64,000 bases of DNA from NCBI GenBank assembly GCA_049510745.1, contig JBEKYR010000008.1, positions 64,001 to 128,000 of the forward strand, in the 5' to 3' direction. A program made the translations under genes and the position numbers. Under the pieces are notes generated by a model, which ran no database searches, had not been told where the DNA came from, and saw only the letters and a list, made by a program, of their open reading frames with translations. This document shows, piece after piece, positions 40,772 to 51,944 of this stretch; the stretch's first letter is position 1; each line of letters starts with the position of its first letter. The stretch is from Verrucomicrobiota bacterium (GTDB lineage: Bacteria > Verrucomicrobiota > Verrucomicrobiia > Limisphaerales > Palsa-1400).

Positions 40772-41545
40772 TCAACGATTGCCGGAGGCGTCACCCAGCG
40801 AGGAGGCGGGAAGGGTTTGCATCGAACCGATGGACCGCCACACCACCGAGCCGTTGAGGAAACCGGCATTGCCGCCTTCGGCGCCAACGCCGGCGCTGTT
40901 GGTGGCGCCGTGTGAGGACACCGCAAAGGAAGAACCCTGGGACATGGCGGCGCCCGCCACGCCATGTGGAGAAACCGTCATGGCGGCGGGGAAATAGGTC
41001 GAGGCGGCCTGGTTGGGCGTCCAATAATTGGCGTCTGTAATCAAGGCGTTGGTGGACAGGGTCGGATCGGTCGATTTGCTGGGCAGAACGAAATAGTCGG
41101 GGCCTTTGATGTTGCCGACGATGGCCCCCGCCCAGTAACTATAGCCGATGACGTAGCCGTACTTGGTATGCCGGGCCACCGAATTGGCGCCGGGGCCAAA
41201 AACGATATTGGGACAGTAAAAAATGTTCGAACTCCCGGAGGCCAGATCGACCAGATTGGTAAAGGTCTCGTCGGAAAGGATGATGGAATGGTAATAGCCG
41301 GCATTGTCCGCCGAGCTGGGAAGAAGCTGCGAGTTGTCATCGGCGTAAATTTCCAGCACTTGCACCAGTTGGCGAAGGTTGCTTTTGCAGACGGCGCGGC
41401 GGGATTTTTCCTTGGCGCTGGACAACGCGGGCAGCATCAGGGCGCTTAAAATCGAGGCGATGGCAATAACCACCATCAGTTCCACGAGGGTAAACCCTGC
41501 GAGCTTGGCATGCCTGTCTTTCCCGAGGTTAAGAACTACCGGCAT
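40772..41545 (-). CDS. Prepilin-type N-terminal cleavage/methylation domain protein
   Basis: GFTLVELMVVIAI..IL.ALMLPAL..AK, C.SNLRQ, terminal H..GN..F.NGSV. Confidence 0.9.
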   Translation of the reverse strand: MPVVLNLGKDRHAKLAGFTLVELMVVIAIASILSALMLPALSSAKEKSRRAVCKSNLRQLVQVLEIYADDNSQLLPSSADNAGYYHSIILSDETFTNLVDLASGSSNIFYCPNIVFGPGANSVARHTKYGYVIGYSYWAGAIVGNIKGPDYFVLPSKSTDPTLSTNALITDANYWTPNQAASTYFPAAMTVSPHGVAGAAMSQGSSFAVSSHGATNSAGVGAEGGNAGFLNGSVVWRSIGSMQTLPASSLGDASGNR

Positions 41546-41645
41546 ATACGTTGTCTTATGTGCTGTTCATGTATCAATATGCAGCACAAAGGGGGTAAAA
41601 TGCAACAAAAATCTTTTGTGAGGCAATCCCTTACAGCAGAGGGGT

Positions 41646-41673
41646 TTGACACGGGGCATTGCCGGGTTACTTT
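41646..41673 (+). promoter_or_regulatory. Putative sigma70 promoter of the second uvrA
   Basis: TTGACA-N16-TACTTT. Confidence 0.5.
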
Positions 41674-41680
41674 TCGCTTG

Positions 41681-44638
41681 ATGTCCGCACCGCCACGCGC
41701 CTGCATTCGCCTCCGGGGAGTGCGGCAAAACAACCTGAAAAACGTCGATCTGGACCTGCCGCTGCGCCAATTGGTCGTCCTGGCTGGTTTAAGCGGCTCC
41801 GGCAAGAGTTCGCTGGCATTCGACACCCTTTTTGCCGAGGGACAACGCCGCTATATCGAAACCTTTTCCCCATACGCCCGCCAGTTTCTGGACCGGATGG
41901 ACAAGCCGCAGGCCGACAGCATCGAAGGCATTCCCCCCGCCATCGCCATCGAGCAGCGCAACACGGTCAAATCCACCCGCTCGACGGTCGGAACGATGAC
42001 GGAAATCACCGATTTCAGCAAGTCATTCTGGCCGCAGGTGGCGCAACTTTACTGCCGCAATTGCGGCCAGCCGGTGCAAAAGGACACGCCCGCCCAAATC
42101 TGGTCCGCCACGCGCGCCAAGCTGGGAGAGGCCGAGGTCCTGGTGACTTTTGACCTGGCCCTGAGCGCGAAGTTTTCGATGGAAGACTCGCTGGCGCTGG
42201 TCGCCCGCCAAGGCTACCGGCGGCTCTTGCTGGAAGGGGCCGTCATCCCGTTGGAGGAAGCCGCCAGCCGGCTGAAATCTGCGCCGGGGGCGTCTCTGAC
42301 AGTCCTCCAGGACCGTGTCAAGTTAAGCGGGCCGAACCGGGCGCGCTTTGTGGAAGCCTGCGAGCAAGCCTATCATTTTGGCCAGGGCAAACTGGCGGCG
42401 CGGCCGGTCCCGCTGGGCGCCCCGGAGGCGGCCGCTCCGCTGCTCCTGTTTTCCCGCGGATGGCACTGCGCCCAGTGCGACATCGAATATAGGGAACCGG
42501 CGCCGGCCATGTTCAGTTTCAATCATCCCCTGGGCGCCTGCCCGGCCTGCCGCGGGTTCGGACGCATCATCGCCATCGACTATGAGGCGGCCATTCCCGA
42601 CGAGGCGAAGAGCCTGGCCGGCGGAGCGGTCAAACCGTGGCAAACCCCCGCCAACGCGGAATGTCAAGACGATTTAATGAGGTTCGCCCGCCGGCGCAAT
42701 GTGCCGGTCGATGTCCCCTTTGCCGAGCTGCCCCGCGAGTGCCGCGATTGGGTCATCGAAGGCGACCCCGGTTACGGCCAGGATGCCGCCCACCAGTGGC
42801 CGCGCGCCTGGTACGGAGTCAAGGGTTACTTCCGCTGGCTGGAATCCAGGGCCTACAAAATGCACGTCCGCGTGGCGCTCTCGCGTTACCGGATTTACAA
42901 AATCTGCCCCGACTGCCAGGGGACCCGGTTCCGCCCCGAACCGCTGCTTTACCGCGCCGGCGGGCTTACCCTGGCCGAGTTTTACCGCTTGCCGGTCCGC
43001 CGGGCGCTGGAGTTCATCGACTCTCTGCTGGCGGGGTGGAAGCGGCCAAACACCCCGGACCCGGTGGCCCTGGCACTGGGCGAAGTGCGCTCGCGCCTGG
43101 CTTATCTGGAGGGGGCCGGCCTGGGTTACTTGAGCCTGGACCGCGCCACCCGCTCGCTTTCCGGCGGAGAAACGGAGCGGGTCAACCTCACCGCCTGCCT
43201 CGGCTCGCGTCTTGTCAATACTCTGTTTGTTCTGGATGAGCCGAGCGTCGGGTTGCATCCGCGCGACACCGCCCGCCTGGTGCGCCTGGTCCGGCAATTG
43301 CGCGACGCCGGCAACACGGTGGTGGTCGTCGAGCACGAGGCCAGCGTCATGCGGGCCGCCGACCAGATCGTCGAGTTAGGCCCGGGTCATGGCGAATCCG
43401 GCGGGGAAATTGTTTTCCAGGGGACCTGCCGCGAGATTTTGCGGGCGCCAAAGTCGTTGACCGGCGCCTACCTCTCCGGACGCAGGCAGATTGAAGTTCC
43501 GCGCCGGCGTCCGGTGGATTTGAAGGGCGGGAGCAGATTGGCGTTGCGCCACGCCACCCTGCACAATTTGCGCGATCTCACCGTCGAAATTCCGTTGGGC
43601 CGCCTGGTGGGAGTCACCGGGGTGAGCGGGTCGGGCAAAAGCACGCTGATTACCGAGCTGCTGGCGCCGGCTCTCGCGGCCAGGTTGCAACCCGGCGCGG
43701 CCGCCGCGGCGGAGGAAAGCGATGACGAGGTGGCGGACGAAGCCGGTTTGCGGGGTTCGCGTGGCTCCGGGCCAATCGTTGAAGGGCACGAAAACCTCGG
43801 CCGGGTCGTTGCGGTGACCCAATCGCTTCTGGGCCGCACCCCTCGTTCCAATCCGGCGGTGTATATCGGGGCATTCGATGAAATCCGCGCCTTTTTCGCG
43901 CAAACGGATGCCGCCCGACAAAGGGGCCTCGGCCCCAGCGCGTTCAGCTTCAATTCCGCCCAAGGCCAATGCGAGCGGTGCCGCGGGGCCGGCTTTGAGA
44001 AGATCGAAATGCAGTTTCTGAGCGATGTCTTCGTTCGATGTCCCGAATGCAACAGCCGCCGTTACCGGGCGCATATCCTGGAGGTCGAAGCCACGCGGCC
44101 CGCCTCATCGCCGCGGCAAAGCTGGAGCATCGCCGACCTGTTGGAGGCGACGGTGGATGAGGCTGTCGGTTTTTTGGGCGCATTTTCCGGATGCCGCCCC
44201 GCCGCCAGGGCGGTGGAGAGTTTGAAATGGTTGCAGGAGGCCGGCTTGGGGTATCTCCGGCTTGGCCAGCCCATCAATACCCTCTCGGGCGGCGAGAGTC
44301 AGCGGCTTAAACTGGTGAAGCATCTGGCGGAGGCCGGCCAAAACGCAGGGGGGCCAGCAGGCAAACCGATTCTCTTTATCTTCGACGAACCGACGACCGG
44401 CCTCCATTTCGACGATGTCCGCATTCTCCTGGCAGTGTTCCAGCGCCTGGTGGATGGGGGCCATTCTGTCCTGGTTATCGAGCACAATCTGGATGTCATC
44501 AAGTCCGCGGACTGGCTCATCGACCTTGGGCCGGAGGCGGGAGAAGAAGGCGGGCGGATAGTGGTCCAAGGAACGCCCGAAGAAGTGGCGGCTTGCGGCA
44601 TCAGCCATACCGGGCAGGCGCTGGCCGGGACGTTATAA
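41681..44638 (+). CDS. uvrA: Excinuclease ABC subunit A, unit 2
   Basis: GVRQNNLK, GLSGSGKS, EGQRRYIET, LSGGE, FDEPTTGLH. Confidence 0.92.
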   Translation: MSAPPRACIRLRGVRQNNLKNVDLDLPLRQLVVLAGLSGSGKSSLAFDTLFAEGQRRYIETFSPYARQFLDRMDKPQADSIEGIPPAIAIEQRNTVKSTRSTVGTMTEITDFSKSFWPQVAQLYCRNCGQPVQKDTPAQIWSATRAKLGEAEVLVTFDLALSAKFSMEDSLALVARQGYRRLLLEGAVIPLEEAASRLKSAPGASLTVLQDRVKLSGPNRARFVEACEQAYHFGQGKLAARPVPLGAPEAAAPLLLFSRGWHCAQCDIEYREPAPAMFSFNHPLGACPACRGFGRIIAIDYEAAIPDEAKSLAGGAVKPWQTPANAECQDDLMRFARRRNVPVDVPFAELPRECRDWVIEGDPGYGQDAAHQWPRAWYGVKGYFRWLESRAYKMHVRVALSRYRIYKICPDCQGTRFRPEPLLYRAGGLTLAEFYRLPVRRALEFIDSLLAGWKRPNTPDPVALALGEVRSRLAYLEGAGLGYLSLDRATRSLSGGETERVNLTACLGSRLVNTLFVLDEPSVGLHPRDTARLVRLVRQLRDAGNTVVVVEHEASVMRAADQIVELGPGHGESGGEIVFQGTCREILRAPKSLTGAYLSGRRQIEVPRRRPVDLKGGSRLALRHATLHNLRDLTVEIPLGRLVGVTGVSGSGKSTLITELLAPALAARLQPGAAAAAEESDDEVADEAGLRGSRGSGPIVEGHENLGRVVAVTQSLLGRTPRSNPAVYIGAFDEIRAFFAQTDAARQRGLGPSAFSFNSAQGQCERCRGAGFEKIEMQFLSDVFVRCPECNSRRYRAHILEVEATRPASSPRQSWSIADLLEATVDEAVGFLGAFSGCRPAARAVESLKWLQEAGLGYLRLGQPINTLSGGESQRLKLVKHLAEAGQNAGGPAGKPILFIFDEPTTGLHFDDVRILLAVFQRLVDGGHSVLVIEHNLDVIKSADWLIDLGPEAGEEGGRIVVQGTPEEVAACGISHTGQALAGTL

Positions 44639-44757
44639 AGTAAAGTGCCATTCGGGAGGCATTTGCCGGGCTAATGTTTGGTCAATTTGCAAGTTTCATC
44701 GGATTAAGCACTTACAATTTATTCATTAAAAATTGCGCAAAATCTGTCGGTCTTCCT

Positions 44758-44785
44758 TTGACAGAAACGCTTACTTATGTATTCT
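44758..44785 (+). promoter_or_regulatory. Putative sigma70 promoter of rpoD
   Basis: TTGACA-N16-TATTCT in an AT-rich intergenic region. Confidence 0.6.
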
Positions 44786-44916
44786 AAGGCGGCACGGGCT
44801 TCAAATTTCGATTAGCGCGAAAAAGTAACCGAAAAAAGAGGCGCCGTGCCTTTCAAATCGGCCAATATGCCGTAGGTTTGAATGAACCTTAACGTTGCAA
44901 TGGTGTCCGAGTTAAT

Positions 44917-46770
44917 ATGTTGCGAAACAGAGTTTATGGGGTAAACAGCCCAAAAGCAGCGCCCAAAGCGGCGCCTGGATTGAAGAAAGGCGCCAAGGAG
45001 GCGCGTTTTACCCTTCAATCCCAGACGCATGACAAGGCTGCGCCCCGCAAAAATGGCTCCTCCGCCGCGGGGGGAGGCTTGCAGCCGCCCCAGCCGGCCA
45101 CGCCGGCTTTGGCCGTCTCCCATCTGCCGGCCACGATTGATTCGCCTGTCGTGGCCGATAAAGTCAACGAATTGCTGCGTTTGGCCCAGGAACAGGGCTA
45201 CTTGACTTACGACGACATTAACGACGCTTTGCCCGATGAATTTGTCACGCCGGAACTGCTCGACGCCATCTATTCCAAGTTGCGCGGATTCGAGGTCGAA
45301 ATTGTCGAGGCGCCCGATTTGGAGCGGGCCAAACCGCAGGCCGAGCCGGAGGAAGAAGACGAGAGCCGCCTGGACATCCTGGACGACCCCGTCCAGATGT
45401 ATCTCCGGCAAATGGGCAAAGTCCCTCTCCTGACCCGCGAGCAGGAAGTCCAGATTTGCAAGCGAATCGAGGAAGGCGAAACCGAAGGGCGCCGCATCCT
45501 CTTTGGTTTCGGGTTCACCGGCAAGGAACACATTGCGCTGGCCGAAAAACTCTTGTGCGATCCGCCCCGCGAACGCTTCGACCGCGTCATTGTCGATAAG
45601 AAAGTCGAAAGCCGCGCCTCGCATCTGAGCGCGTTGCGGCGCCTCATCAAACGCACCCGCGCCCTGGACCAACAACTGGACAAGGCTTACGACCAGATTT
45701 ACGCGGCCCGCGGGAAAGGCCCGACGCCCCAGACTTTGGCCAAGTACCAAAGGCTGCAAAAGGCCCTGCAAGCCACCTTCCCCAAGTTCTATTACAAGCC
45801 CAAGGTGGCGGAGGAAATCATGGCCGTCTCCCACAACGTCGCCGACCAGATCAAATCCACGCTGCGCGCGACCGAGGCGCTGCAACAGCATCGCAAATCC
45901 GCCTCGAACACCGCCCAGCTGGCCGCCGAACGCCAGAAGCTGGCCGCCTTGGAGAAATTTGTCCGCCTGCCGCGCGATCAATTCCTGGTCGCGCACGAGG
46001 CCATGAAAAAAGCGGCCGGGCGGGCCGACGAAGCCAAGTGCGAAATGGCGGCGGCCAATCTGCGCCTGGTCATTTCCATCGCCAAGAAGCACACCAACCG
46101 CGGCCTCTCCTTTTTGGACCTCATCCAGGAAGGCAACATGGGCCTGATGAAAGGCGTCGAGAAATTCGAGTACCAGCGCGGTTACAAGTTTTCCACCTAC
46201 GCCATTTGGTGGATTCGCCAGGCCATCACCCGCGCCGTGGCCGATCAAGCCCGCACCGTCCGCATCCCGGTCCACATGATCGAAGTCATCAACCGCCTGA
46301 TGCGCGTGCAGAAGCGCCTCATGCAGGAGTTGGGCCGCGAAGCGGAGCCGGAGGAAATTGCCGATGAATTGAACCTCCCGGTCGAGAGGGTGCGTTCCAT
46401 CCTGAAAATGGCCCAGCAATCCGTCTCGTTGCAGGCGCCGGTCGGCGACGGGGACGACGCCAGCGTCGGCGATTTCATCGAAGACAAGAAAGCCGCCAAC
46501 CCGTCCGATGTGACCAGCTACAGCCTGCTCAAAGACACGTTGGGCGATGTGCTGGCGACGTTGACCGAGCGCGAGCGCAAGATCGTCGAAATGCGTTTCG
46601 GCCTGGTGGACGGCTACGAACGGACCCTGGAAGAAATCGGCCGTCAGTACAATGTGACCCGCGAGCGCATCCGCCAGATCGAAGCCAAAGCCCTGCGCAA
46701 AATGCGGCATCCGACCCGCCTGCGCCACCTGCAAGGCTTCCTCGACAGCGAAGAAACGATCTTCCAGTAA
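44917..46770 (+). CDS. rpoD: RNA polymerase sigma factor RpoD-type
   Basis: Region 1.1 GYLTYDDIN, 1.2 DPVQMYL, 2 [10 protein letters not shown] and [11 protein letters not shown], 4 TRERIRQIE. Confidence 0.93.
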   Translation: MLRNRVYGVNSPKAAPKAAPGLKKGAKEARFTLQSQTHDKAAPRKNGSSAAGGGLQPPQPATPALAVSHLPATIDSPVVADKVNELLRLAQEQGYLTYDDINDALPDEFVTPELLDAIYSKLRGFEVEIVEAPDLERAKPQAEPEEEDESRLDILDDPVQMYLRQMGKVPLLTREQEVQICKRIEEGETEGRRILFGFGFTGKEHIALAEKLLCDPPRERFDRVIVDKKVESRASHLSALRRLIKRTRALDQQLDKAYDQIYAARGKGPTPQTLAKYQRLQKALQATFPKFYYKPKVAEEIMAVSHNVADQIKSTLRATEALQQHRKSASNTAQLAAERQKLAALEKFVRLPRDQFLVAHEAMKKAAGRADEAKCEMAAANLRLVISIAKKHTNRGLSFLDLIQEGNMGLMKGVEKFEYQRGYKFSTYAIWWIRQAITRAVADQARTVRIPVHMIEVINRLMRVQKRLMQELGREAEPEEIADELNLPVERVRSILKMAQQSVSLQAPVGDGDDASVGDFIEDKKAANPSDVTSYSLLKDTLGDVLATLTERERKIVEMRFGLVDGYERTLEEIGRQYNVTRERIRQIEAKALRKMRHPTRLRHLQGFLDSEETIFQ

Positions 46771-46794
46771 GATGGCACCTCTGAGGGGCGCGCC

Positions 46795-47277
46795 ATGTAT
46801 GCGCGAGCATTCATTGCGTTTGTTGCCTTGCCCGGCGTGGTCGCCGGAGTGGTGCCCGCTTTGCTTGCGTCGGCAGATACGCACCGCCGCGGCGGCCTGG
46901 CTTTCGGTTTCGTATTGCTGGTGCTCGGTCTTGTTCTTCTCCTTTTGTGCGTGAGAGATTTCTTCGTCTCAGGGAGAGGGACGCTCGCGCCCTGGGACCC
47001 GCCAAAACGCTTGGTCGTAGTCGGACTTTACCGGTTTGTGCGCAATCCCATGTATATCGCTGTTCTGGCGCTGCTGGTGGGTTGGTGTCTGGCTGCCGGG
47101 TCTCGTTTGCTTGCGGGGTATGCGGCTGTGGTGGCGCTCGCGTTCCACCTCCGCGTGATCTATCATGAAGAGCCTTGGCTGCGGCGGCAATTCGGAGCCG
47201 AATGGGAGGCTTATTCCGCATCTGTCCCGCGCTGGCTTCCTCGTTTGCATCCGTGGAGCTGTGACAAGCGCACCTGA
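46795..47277 (+). CDS. Isoprenylcysteine carboxylmethyltransferase family membrane protein
   Basis: GTLAPWDPP, GLYRFVRNPMY, EEP.L...FG. Confidence 0.88.
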   Translation: MYARAFIAFVALPGVVAGVVPALLASADTHRRGGLAFGFVLLVLGLVLLLLCVRDFFVSGRGTLAPWDPPKRLVVVGLYRFVRNPMYIAVLALLVGWCLAAGSRLLAGYAAVVALAFHLRVIYHEEPWLRRQFGAEWEAYSASVPRWLPRLHPWSCDKRT

Positions 47278-47453
47278 CCTTTCCGCGCGCGGCGCGCCGC
47301 CGCACCGCAGTGCCTTCGCCTTTCGCAAGGCGGCTTTTGCCAACAGGCCCATCGCCAAGCTGGGGCTTGCAAAAAAAACGCCGAATAGGACTTTACAGGG
47401 GCGGCGGTCGAATTTAAACTGCGGGTTCATAAAAGAACTGATCGAATAGAAAT

Positions 47454-47708
47454 ATGGAAAAAGGCAAGACGATTGCAGGATTCCGATTGCACGAGAGCGA
47501 CACAGGGTCCGCTGACGTGCAAGTGGCCCTTTTGACCGAACGCATAAATCATCTGACCGACCATCTGCAAAAAAATATCAAGGACCACAGCTCCCGCCGT
47601 GGCCTGCTGAAAATGGTCGGCCAGCGGCGCCGATTGCTGGATTATCTCCATTCAACCGACCTGGCGCGTTACCAAACGGTCACCAAGAAGCTCAAGCTCC
47701 GGCACTGA
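47454..47708 (+). CDS. rpsO: 30S ribosomal protein S15
   Basis: [24 protein letters not shown]. Confidence 0.98.
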   Translation: MEKGKTIAGFRLHESDTGSADVQVALLTERINHLTDHLQKNIKDHSSRRGLLKMVGQRRRLLDYLHSTDLARYQTVTKKLKLRH

Positions 47709-47939
47709 CAGTCTTTTCTCTGGGAAGGTTCTATCCTCGACCACGGACGTGGTCCGATCAGTTTCGTCGGCCCGGAAACGCGAACGGTCCGATGGGCAAG
47801 AGTAACTTCGCGGAAATGAGTTCCGCTGAATCGAGAAATTTCAATCAGCACCGGTCGGGGCGCGCGGGCGGGGCGCCGGCGTCCCGGTTTTGATTGAAGT
47901 TCCTCCACGTCAGCGGGTCGATAACAGTACAGTTCATTT

Positions 47940-50072
47940 ATGGCAGAAAGAGTCACAGCCCTCGTCGGGGGGCATCAAATCATCATCGAAACCGGCAAAT
48001 TGGCAAATCAAGCGGACGGCGCCGTCACCGTGCAACTGGGAGAAACCATTGTCCTGGTCGCGGCCGTGGCGGCCAGCAAGGCGAAAGCGGGCCAGGAATT
48101 TTTCCCATTGACGGTCGATTACCGAGAAAAGGCGGCGGCGGCGGGCAAGTTCCCGGGCGGCTACTTCAAACGCGAAGGCCGGCCCACCGAGAAGGAAATC
48201 CTCACCAGCCGCCTGACCGACCGCCCCATCCGCCCGCTCTTCCCCAAAGGGTGGTTCAACGAAGTCCAGGTGCAGAGCGTGCTGTTGAGCGCCGATGGCG
48301 AAAATGATTCCGACATCCTGACCATTCTGGGCGCTTCGGCGGCGCTGACCGTCAGCGACATTCCCTGGGAGGGGCCGCTGGGCGCCGTGCGCATTGGCCG
48401 GCTGAAGGGACAGTTCGTGGCCAATCCGACCCACAGCCAGATGCGCGACAGCGACCTGGACCTGATCTACGTGGGCAACACCGCTGACACGGTCATGTTC
48501 GAGGGCGCGGCCAAGGAAATTTCCGACGCGGATTTTGTCGCCGCGCTCAAATTCGGCCACGACTGCTGCCAGCCTCTGATCCAGGCGCAACAGGAATTGG
48601 CCGCGCGCGCCGCCAGGAAGAAGCGCGACATTACCGTCAGCGTCGTGCCCGAGGACGTCTTGGCAGAAGCCAAGAAGCTGGCGGGCGATCGGCTGGTTCC
48701 CGCGCTCCTGACCCACAAGAAACTCGAGCGCGAGGCCGAGGTCAAAGCCGTCATGGACGAAATCGGGGCGAAGCTGGTGGAAAAATTCGGCGCGGAGAAG
48801 GTGACCGAAAACGTGCTCAGAGAGGCGTTCTATTATATCCAGAAGGAAACCGTGCGCGGCTTGATCATGAACGAGAACAAGCGTCTGGATGGCCGCGGTT
48901 TTGATGTCGTCCGCCCCATTACGTGCGAGGTGGGCCTGTTGCCGCGGGCGCACGGCTCGGCGTTGTTCAGCCGCGGGGAAACGCAGGCGATCGCGCTGGT
49001 CACGCTCGGCACGACCGAGGACGCGCAGGAATTTGATTCCTACACCGGCGGCGAAACGGAGAAGAAATTCATCCTCCATTACAATTTCCCCACCTACTCC
49101 GTGGGCGAAACCGGGCGCATCAGCGGCCCGGGCCGGCGGGAGATCGGCCACGGCGCGCTGGCCGAGCGGTCGCTGGAACCGATGCTGCCGCTGGAGACGT
49201 ATCCTTACGCCGTGCGGGTGACGGCCGAGATCATGGAGTCCAACGGCTCGACCTCGATGGCCTCCGTCTGCGGCGGGACGCTGGCGCTGATGGATGCGGG
49301 CGTGCCCATGGCGCGGCCCGTGGCGGGCATCAGCATCGGCATCTGCACCGAGCACGACGAGAAGGACAAAATCTCCGCTTACAAATTGTTGACCGACATC
49401 ATCGGCTGGGAGGACGCGTTTTGCGACATGGATTGCAAGATCGCGGGGACGGAAAAGGGCATCACCGGGTTTCAACTGGACCTGAAGCTGCGCGGGCTGC
49501 CCATCGCCATCATTGGCGAGGCCCTGGAGAAGGCGCGCGTGGCCCGGCTGGACATCCTGAAGATCATGGCCGGGACTCTGGCCGCGCCGCGCCCGGAGAT
49601 GAGCAAGTACGCGCCGCGCATCGTCCAGGTCAAGATCAACCCGGAGAAGATCGGGGCGCTCATCGGCCCCGGCGGCAAGAACATCAAGCGCCTGGTCGAG
49701 GAATCCGGCTGCGAGATCAACATCGACGACGACGGCACGGTCAACATCTATTCCGTCTCGGCGGAAGGGATGAAGATCGCGCGCGACGCCATCGAGGGGA
49801 TGACGGCGGAGGCGGAAATCGGCAAGCTCTATCGGGGCAAGGTGGTGACGATCAAGGAATTCGGGGCGTTTGTCGAGTTCCTGCCGGGCCGGGACGGCCT
49901 GGTGCATATCAGCGAACTGGCCAATTTCCGTGTCAAGCAGACCGAAGACATTGTCAAGATGGGCGACGAAATCTGGGTCAAGTGCCTGGGCGTCGATGAA
50001 AAAGGCCGCGTGCGGCTGTCGCGCAAAGCGGCGATGGAAGAGCGCGAGCGCGAAATGGCGCCGAAGACCTGA
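47940..50072 (+). CDS. pnp: Polyribonucleotide nucleotidyltransferase
   Basis: [22 protein letters not shown] and S1 domains; follows rpsO. Confidence 0.98.
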   Translation: MAERVTALVGGHQIIIETGKLANQADGAVTVQLGETIVLVAAVAASKAKAGQEFFPLTVDYREKAAAAGKFPGGYFKREGRPTEKEILTSRLTDRPIRPLFPKGWFNEVQVQSVLLSADGENDSDILTILGASAALTVSDIPWEGPLGAVRIGRLKGQFVANPTHSQMRDSDLDLIYVGNTADTVMFEGAAKEISDADFVAALKFGHDCCQPLIQAQQELAARAARKKRDITVSVVPEDVLAEAKKLAGDRLVPALLTHKKLEREAEVKAVMDEIGAKLVEKFGAEKVTENVLREAFYYIQKETVRGLIMNENKRLDGRGFDVVRPITCEVGLLPRAHGSALFSRGETQAIALVTLGTTEDAQEFDSYTGGETEKKFILHYNFPTYSVGETGRISGPGRREIGHGALAERSLEPMLPLETYPYAVRVTAEIMESNGSTSMASVCGGTLALMDAGVPMARPVAGISIGICTEHDEKDKISAYKLLTDIIGWEDAFCDMDCKIAGTEKGITGFQLDLKLRGLPIAIIGEALEKARVARLDILKIMAGTLAAPRPEMSKYAPRIVQVKINPEKIGALIGPGGKNIKRLVEESGCEINIDDDGTVNIYSVSAEGMKIARDAIEGMTAEAEIGKLYRGKVVTIKEFGAFVEFLPGRDGLVHISELANFRVKQTEDIVKMGDEIWVKCLGVDEKGRVRLSRKAAMEEREREMAPKT

Positions 50073-50085
50073 GATTGAGCCGGGT

Positions 50086-50230
50086 CCCAAATCCTCGCCC
50101 AACGCGGCCTTACCGCCGAGCGATGACCTATACAAATTGGATGGGAGAGCGAAGAAGCGGTCGGCGGGGGCGCCGACCGCCCCACGCGAGGGCGCATGCG
50201 CTCCCCGGGATGTACTGCAACGGTTCTTCG
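50086..50230 (+). repeat. REP/MITE-like element family C, copy 2
   Basis: Direct repeat of 52453-52590. Confidence 0.9.
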
Positions 50231-50335
50231 GCATCTTCGGAGTTTCCTCCACTTTTTCGGACGGTTGGGGGGTGCCCAGATGTTCTTCTGGTCGGATTCG
50301 GTCGGGCCAAGCCCCCCCTCCCCCCCTTGTCGTGG

Positions 50336-50373
50336 GGTCTGATTTAGTTTGATTTAGTCTGATTTAGTTTGAT
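50336..50373 (-). repeat. 10-bp tandem array (AAATCARACT) downstream of the Gp27-like gene
   Basis: GTCTGATTTAGTTTGATTTAGTCTGATTTAGTTTGAT. Confidence 0.9.
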
Positions 50374-50418
50374 AAAGCATGGTTGGGAACCGCCGCGGAG
50401 GCGGCTTTTCCCGGTTCT

Positions 50419-51036
50419 TCACGCGATTTCAAGAAGCTCCTTGAGGCGCCTTTGCTTGTCTTCCTCGGTGAGAGGGGGCGGGTGCAGTTTGGCTTGATTG
50501 ACTGCCTTTTTGCCCCACTTGACGAACTGCTTTTCGCGTTCGGCCAAGGCGTTGTCGCGCTGGAATTTGAGGCGCTCGCGCTCGAGTTGCACCCAGTCGG
50601 CAGCGTTGTCGGATCGGGAGAGGGTGGCCATTTGCGAGAACAACAAGCGCCAAAGGAGGCGCTTTTCGGGGCCGTCCTGGAGGGAATCGAGACGATGCAG
50701 TTCCAGGGCCAGGCGGGCGGCGCAGAAGGCGCGCAAGCGTTCGTTGAGGGGGCCTTTGGCCGCTTGGGCGAGTTCGGTGGTGCCCTCGATGAGGGAGAGG
50801 GCGGCGTCGGCAGCCTGGTTTTGGGCCAGCCAATCCCGGTAACCGCCCTGGGTCCACTCGGAAAGGTTCTGCGGGCTGATAGGCTGGCTTGCGAAATGGG
50901 CCTTCATTGCGGCCTGGACTGCGGGCTGGGAATTGAGCCATTGGACGAGGGACTCGCCTTTCTCGCCGTCTTGCAGGCGTTGGTTGAGCTGGTCGCGGAT
51001 GGCCAGGGGCAGCCGGGCGATTTTGCCGTTTCTCAT
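50419..51036 (-). CDS. Second Mu Gp27/DUF3486-like protein
   Basis: MRNGKIARLPLAIRDQLNQRLQDGE..LVQWLNS..NLSEWTQGGY; C-terminal LTEEDKQRR shared with the paralogue; GGAGG RBS. Confidence 0.7.
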   Translation of the reverse strand: MRNGKIARLPLAIRDQLNQRLQDGEKGESLVQWLNSQPAVQAAMKAHFASQPISPQNLSEWTQGGYRDWLAQNQAADAALSLIEGTTELAQAAKGPLNERLRAFCAARLALELHRLDSLQDGPEKRLLWRLLFSQMATLSRSDNAADWVQLERERLKFQRDNALAEREKQFVKWGKKAVNQAKLHPPPLTEEDKQRRLKELLEIA

Positions 51037-51066
51037 GCCAACCTCCAGATATTAAAGTCTGAACGT

Positions 51067-51120
51067 ATCATGGCCGGATTTGAGCACCGTTCAGTCAAAA
51101 GGAAAAACCTACGGAAGGAA
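51067..51120 (-). promoter_or_regulatory. Third copy of the 19-bp motif plus TTGACT-N20-CATGAT
   Basis: Reverse complement reads TTCCTTCCGTAGGTTTTTCCTTTTGACTGAACGGTGCTCAAATCCGGCCATGAT. Confidence 0.6.
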
Positions 51121-51123
51121 GGA

Positions 51124-51465
51124 AAGTGAATATAAGAATAAGTGAATCAGTGAATCAGTGAATGGATGCACACGGACGCTCACGGACGCACACGGACGCA
51201 CAGGGACGAAGGAAGAGATTGCCGCAAAGAGCGCAAAGAGCACAGAGATAAGGAGTTATGGATTTTTTGAGGGCCGCAGACCTGAACGTTTTCGGGGTGC
51301 AACAAAGTGAATATAAGAATGAGTGAATCAGTGAATCAGTGAATGGACGCACAGGGACGCACACGGACGAAGGAAGAGATTGCCGCAAGAGAGCGCAAAG
51401 AGCACATAGATAAGGAGTTATGGATTCTTTAAGGACCGCAGCCCCGAATGTTTTCGGGGTGCAAC
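51124..51465. repeat. Two tandem units (~180 and ~160 bp) built from 8-, 10- and 9-mer arrays
   Basis: AAGTGAATATAAGAAT...TTTTCGGGGTGCAACA occurs twice; units differ in CACGGACGCA copy number. Confidence 0.92.
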
Positions 51466-51566
51466 ACGCAGAGCACGCAGAGGCGGCTGAAAGAGGAACT
51501 TTTTCCGCGAAACGCAGTTAAAAACACCGGAAACCGCAGCGCGGCCAGTTGCAATCAAAAAAAGAC

Positions 51567-51655
51567 GGACAGGATGAACAGGATTAACAGGATTGAGAAC
51601 AGGTTCAGAAAAGAGAATTCCCCTCTTTATCCTGTGCATCTTGTTCATCCTGTCT
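51567..51655. repeat. Palindrome of 9-mer arrays
   Basis: GACAGGATGAACAGGATTAACAGGAT ... ATCCTGTGCATCTTGTTCATCCTGTC. Confidence 0.88.
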
Positions 51656-51944
51656 GAAAATTTTGTCAATAAAACAAACTTTTTCAGGATAGCAGGACGA
51701 GGAATTTCGACCGGGGCAGTATGGGTGAGATGCTCACGCGTGTTGCCCATTTGTCTTTCTCCACGGCTCAAGCTTGCTCCTCGCTGAGGGGGGCGAAACT
51801 ACAGTTTGACCCGTTCGTATAACAAATACCAATTCCCTAGGCCCCTTCACCTTCACTGTCGAGATGCTCCGTCGCCGCAGTCACGCGGGACGAGATTCGA
51901 TCTAAACTATTACACCCCTTCACGTCTGAACCGCAACAGTGTCA

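Noticed and set aside
47709..47939. ncRNA between rpsO and pnp
   Set aside because: GC-rich and possibly structured, but consistent with an ordinary pnp leader; no family recognised.
37800..50252. Long antisense ORFs (37800-40535, 44812-46884, 47934-50252)
   Set aside because: Shadows of high-GC genes uvrA, rpoD and pnp; no recognisable motifs.
51124..51465. CRISPR array
   Set aside because: Only two long units with no unique spacers, and no cas genes.
51680..51944. Gene or ncRNA in the lower-GC stretch beside the K+ channel fragment
   Set aside because: No convincing ORF or motif could be recognised.
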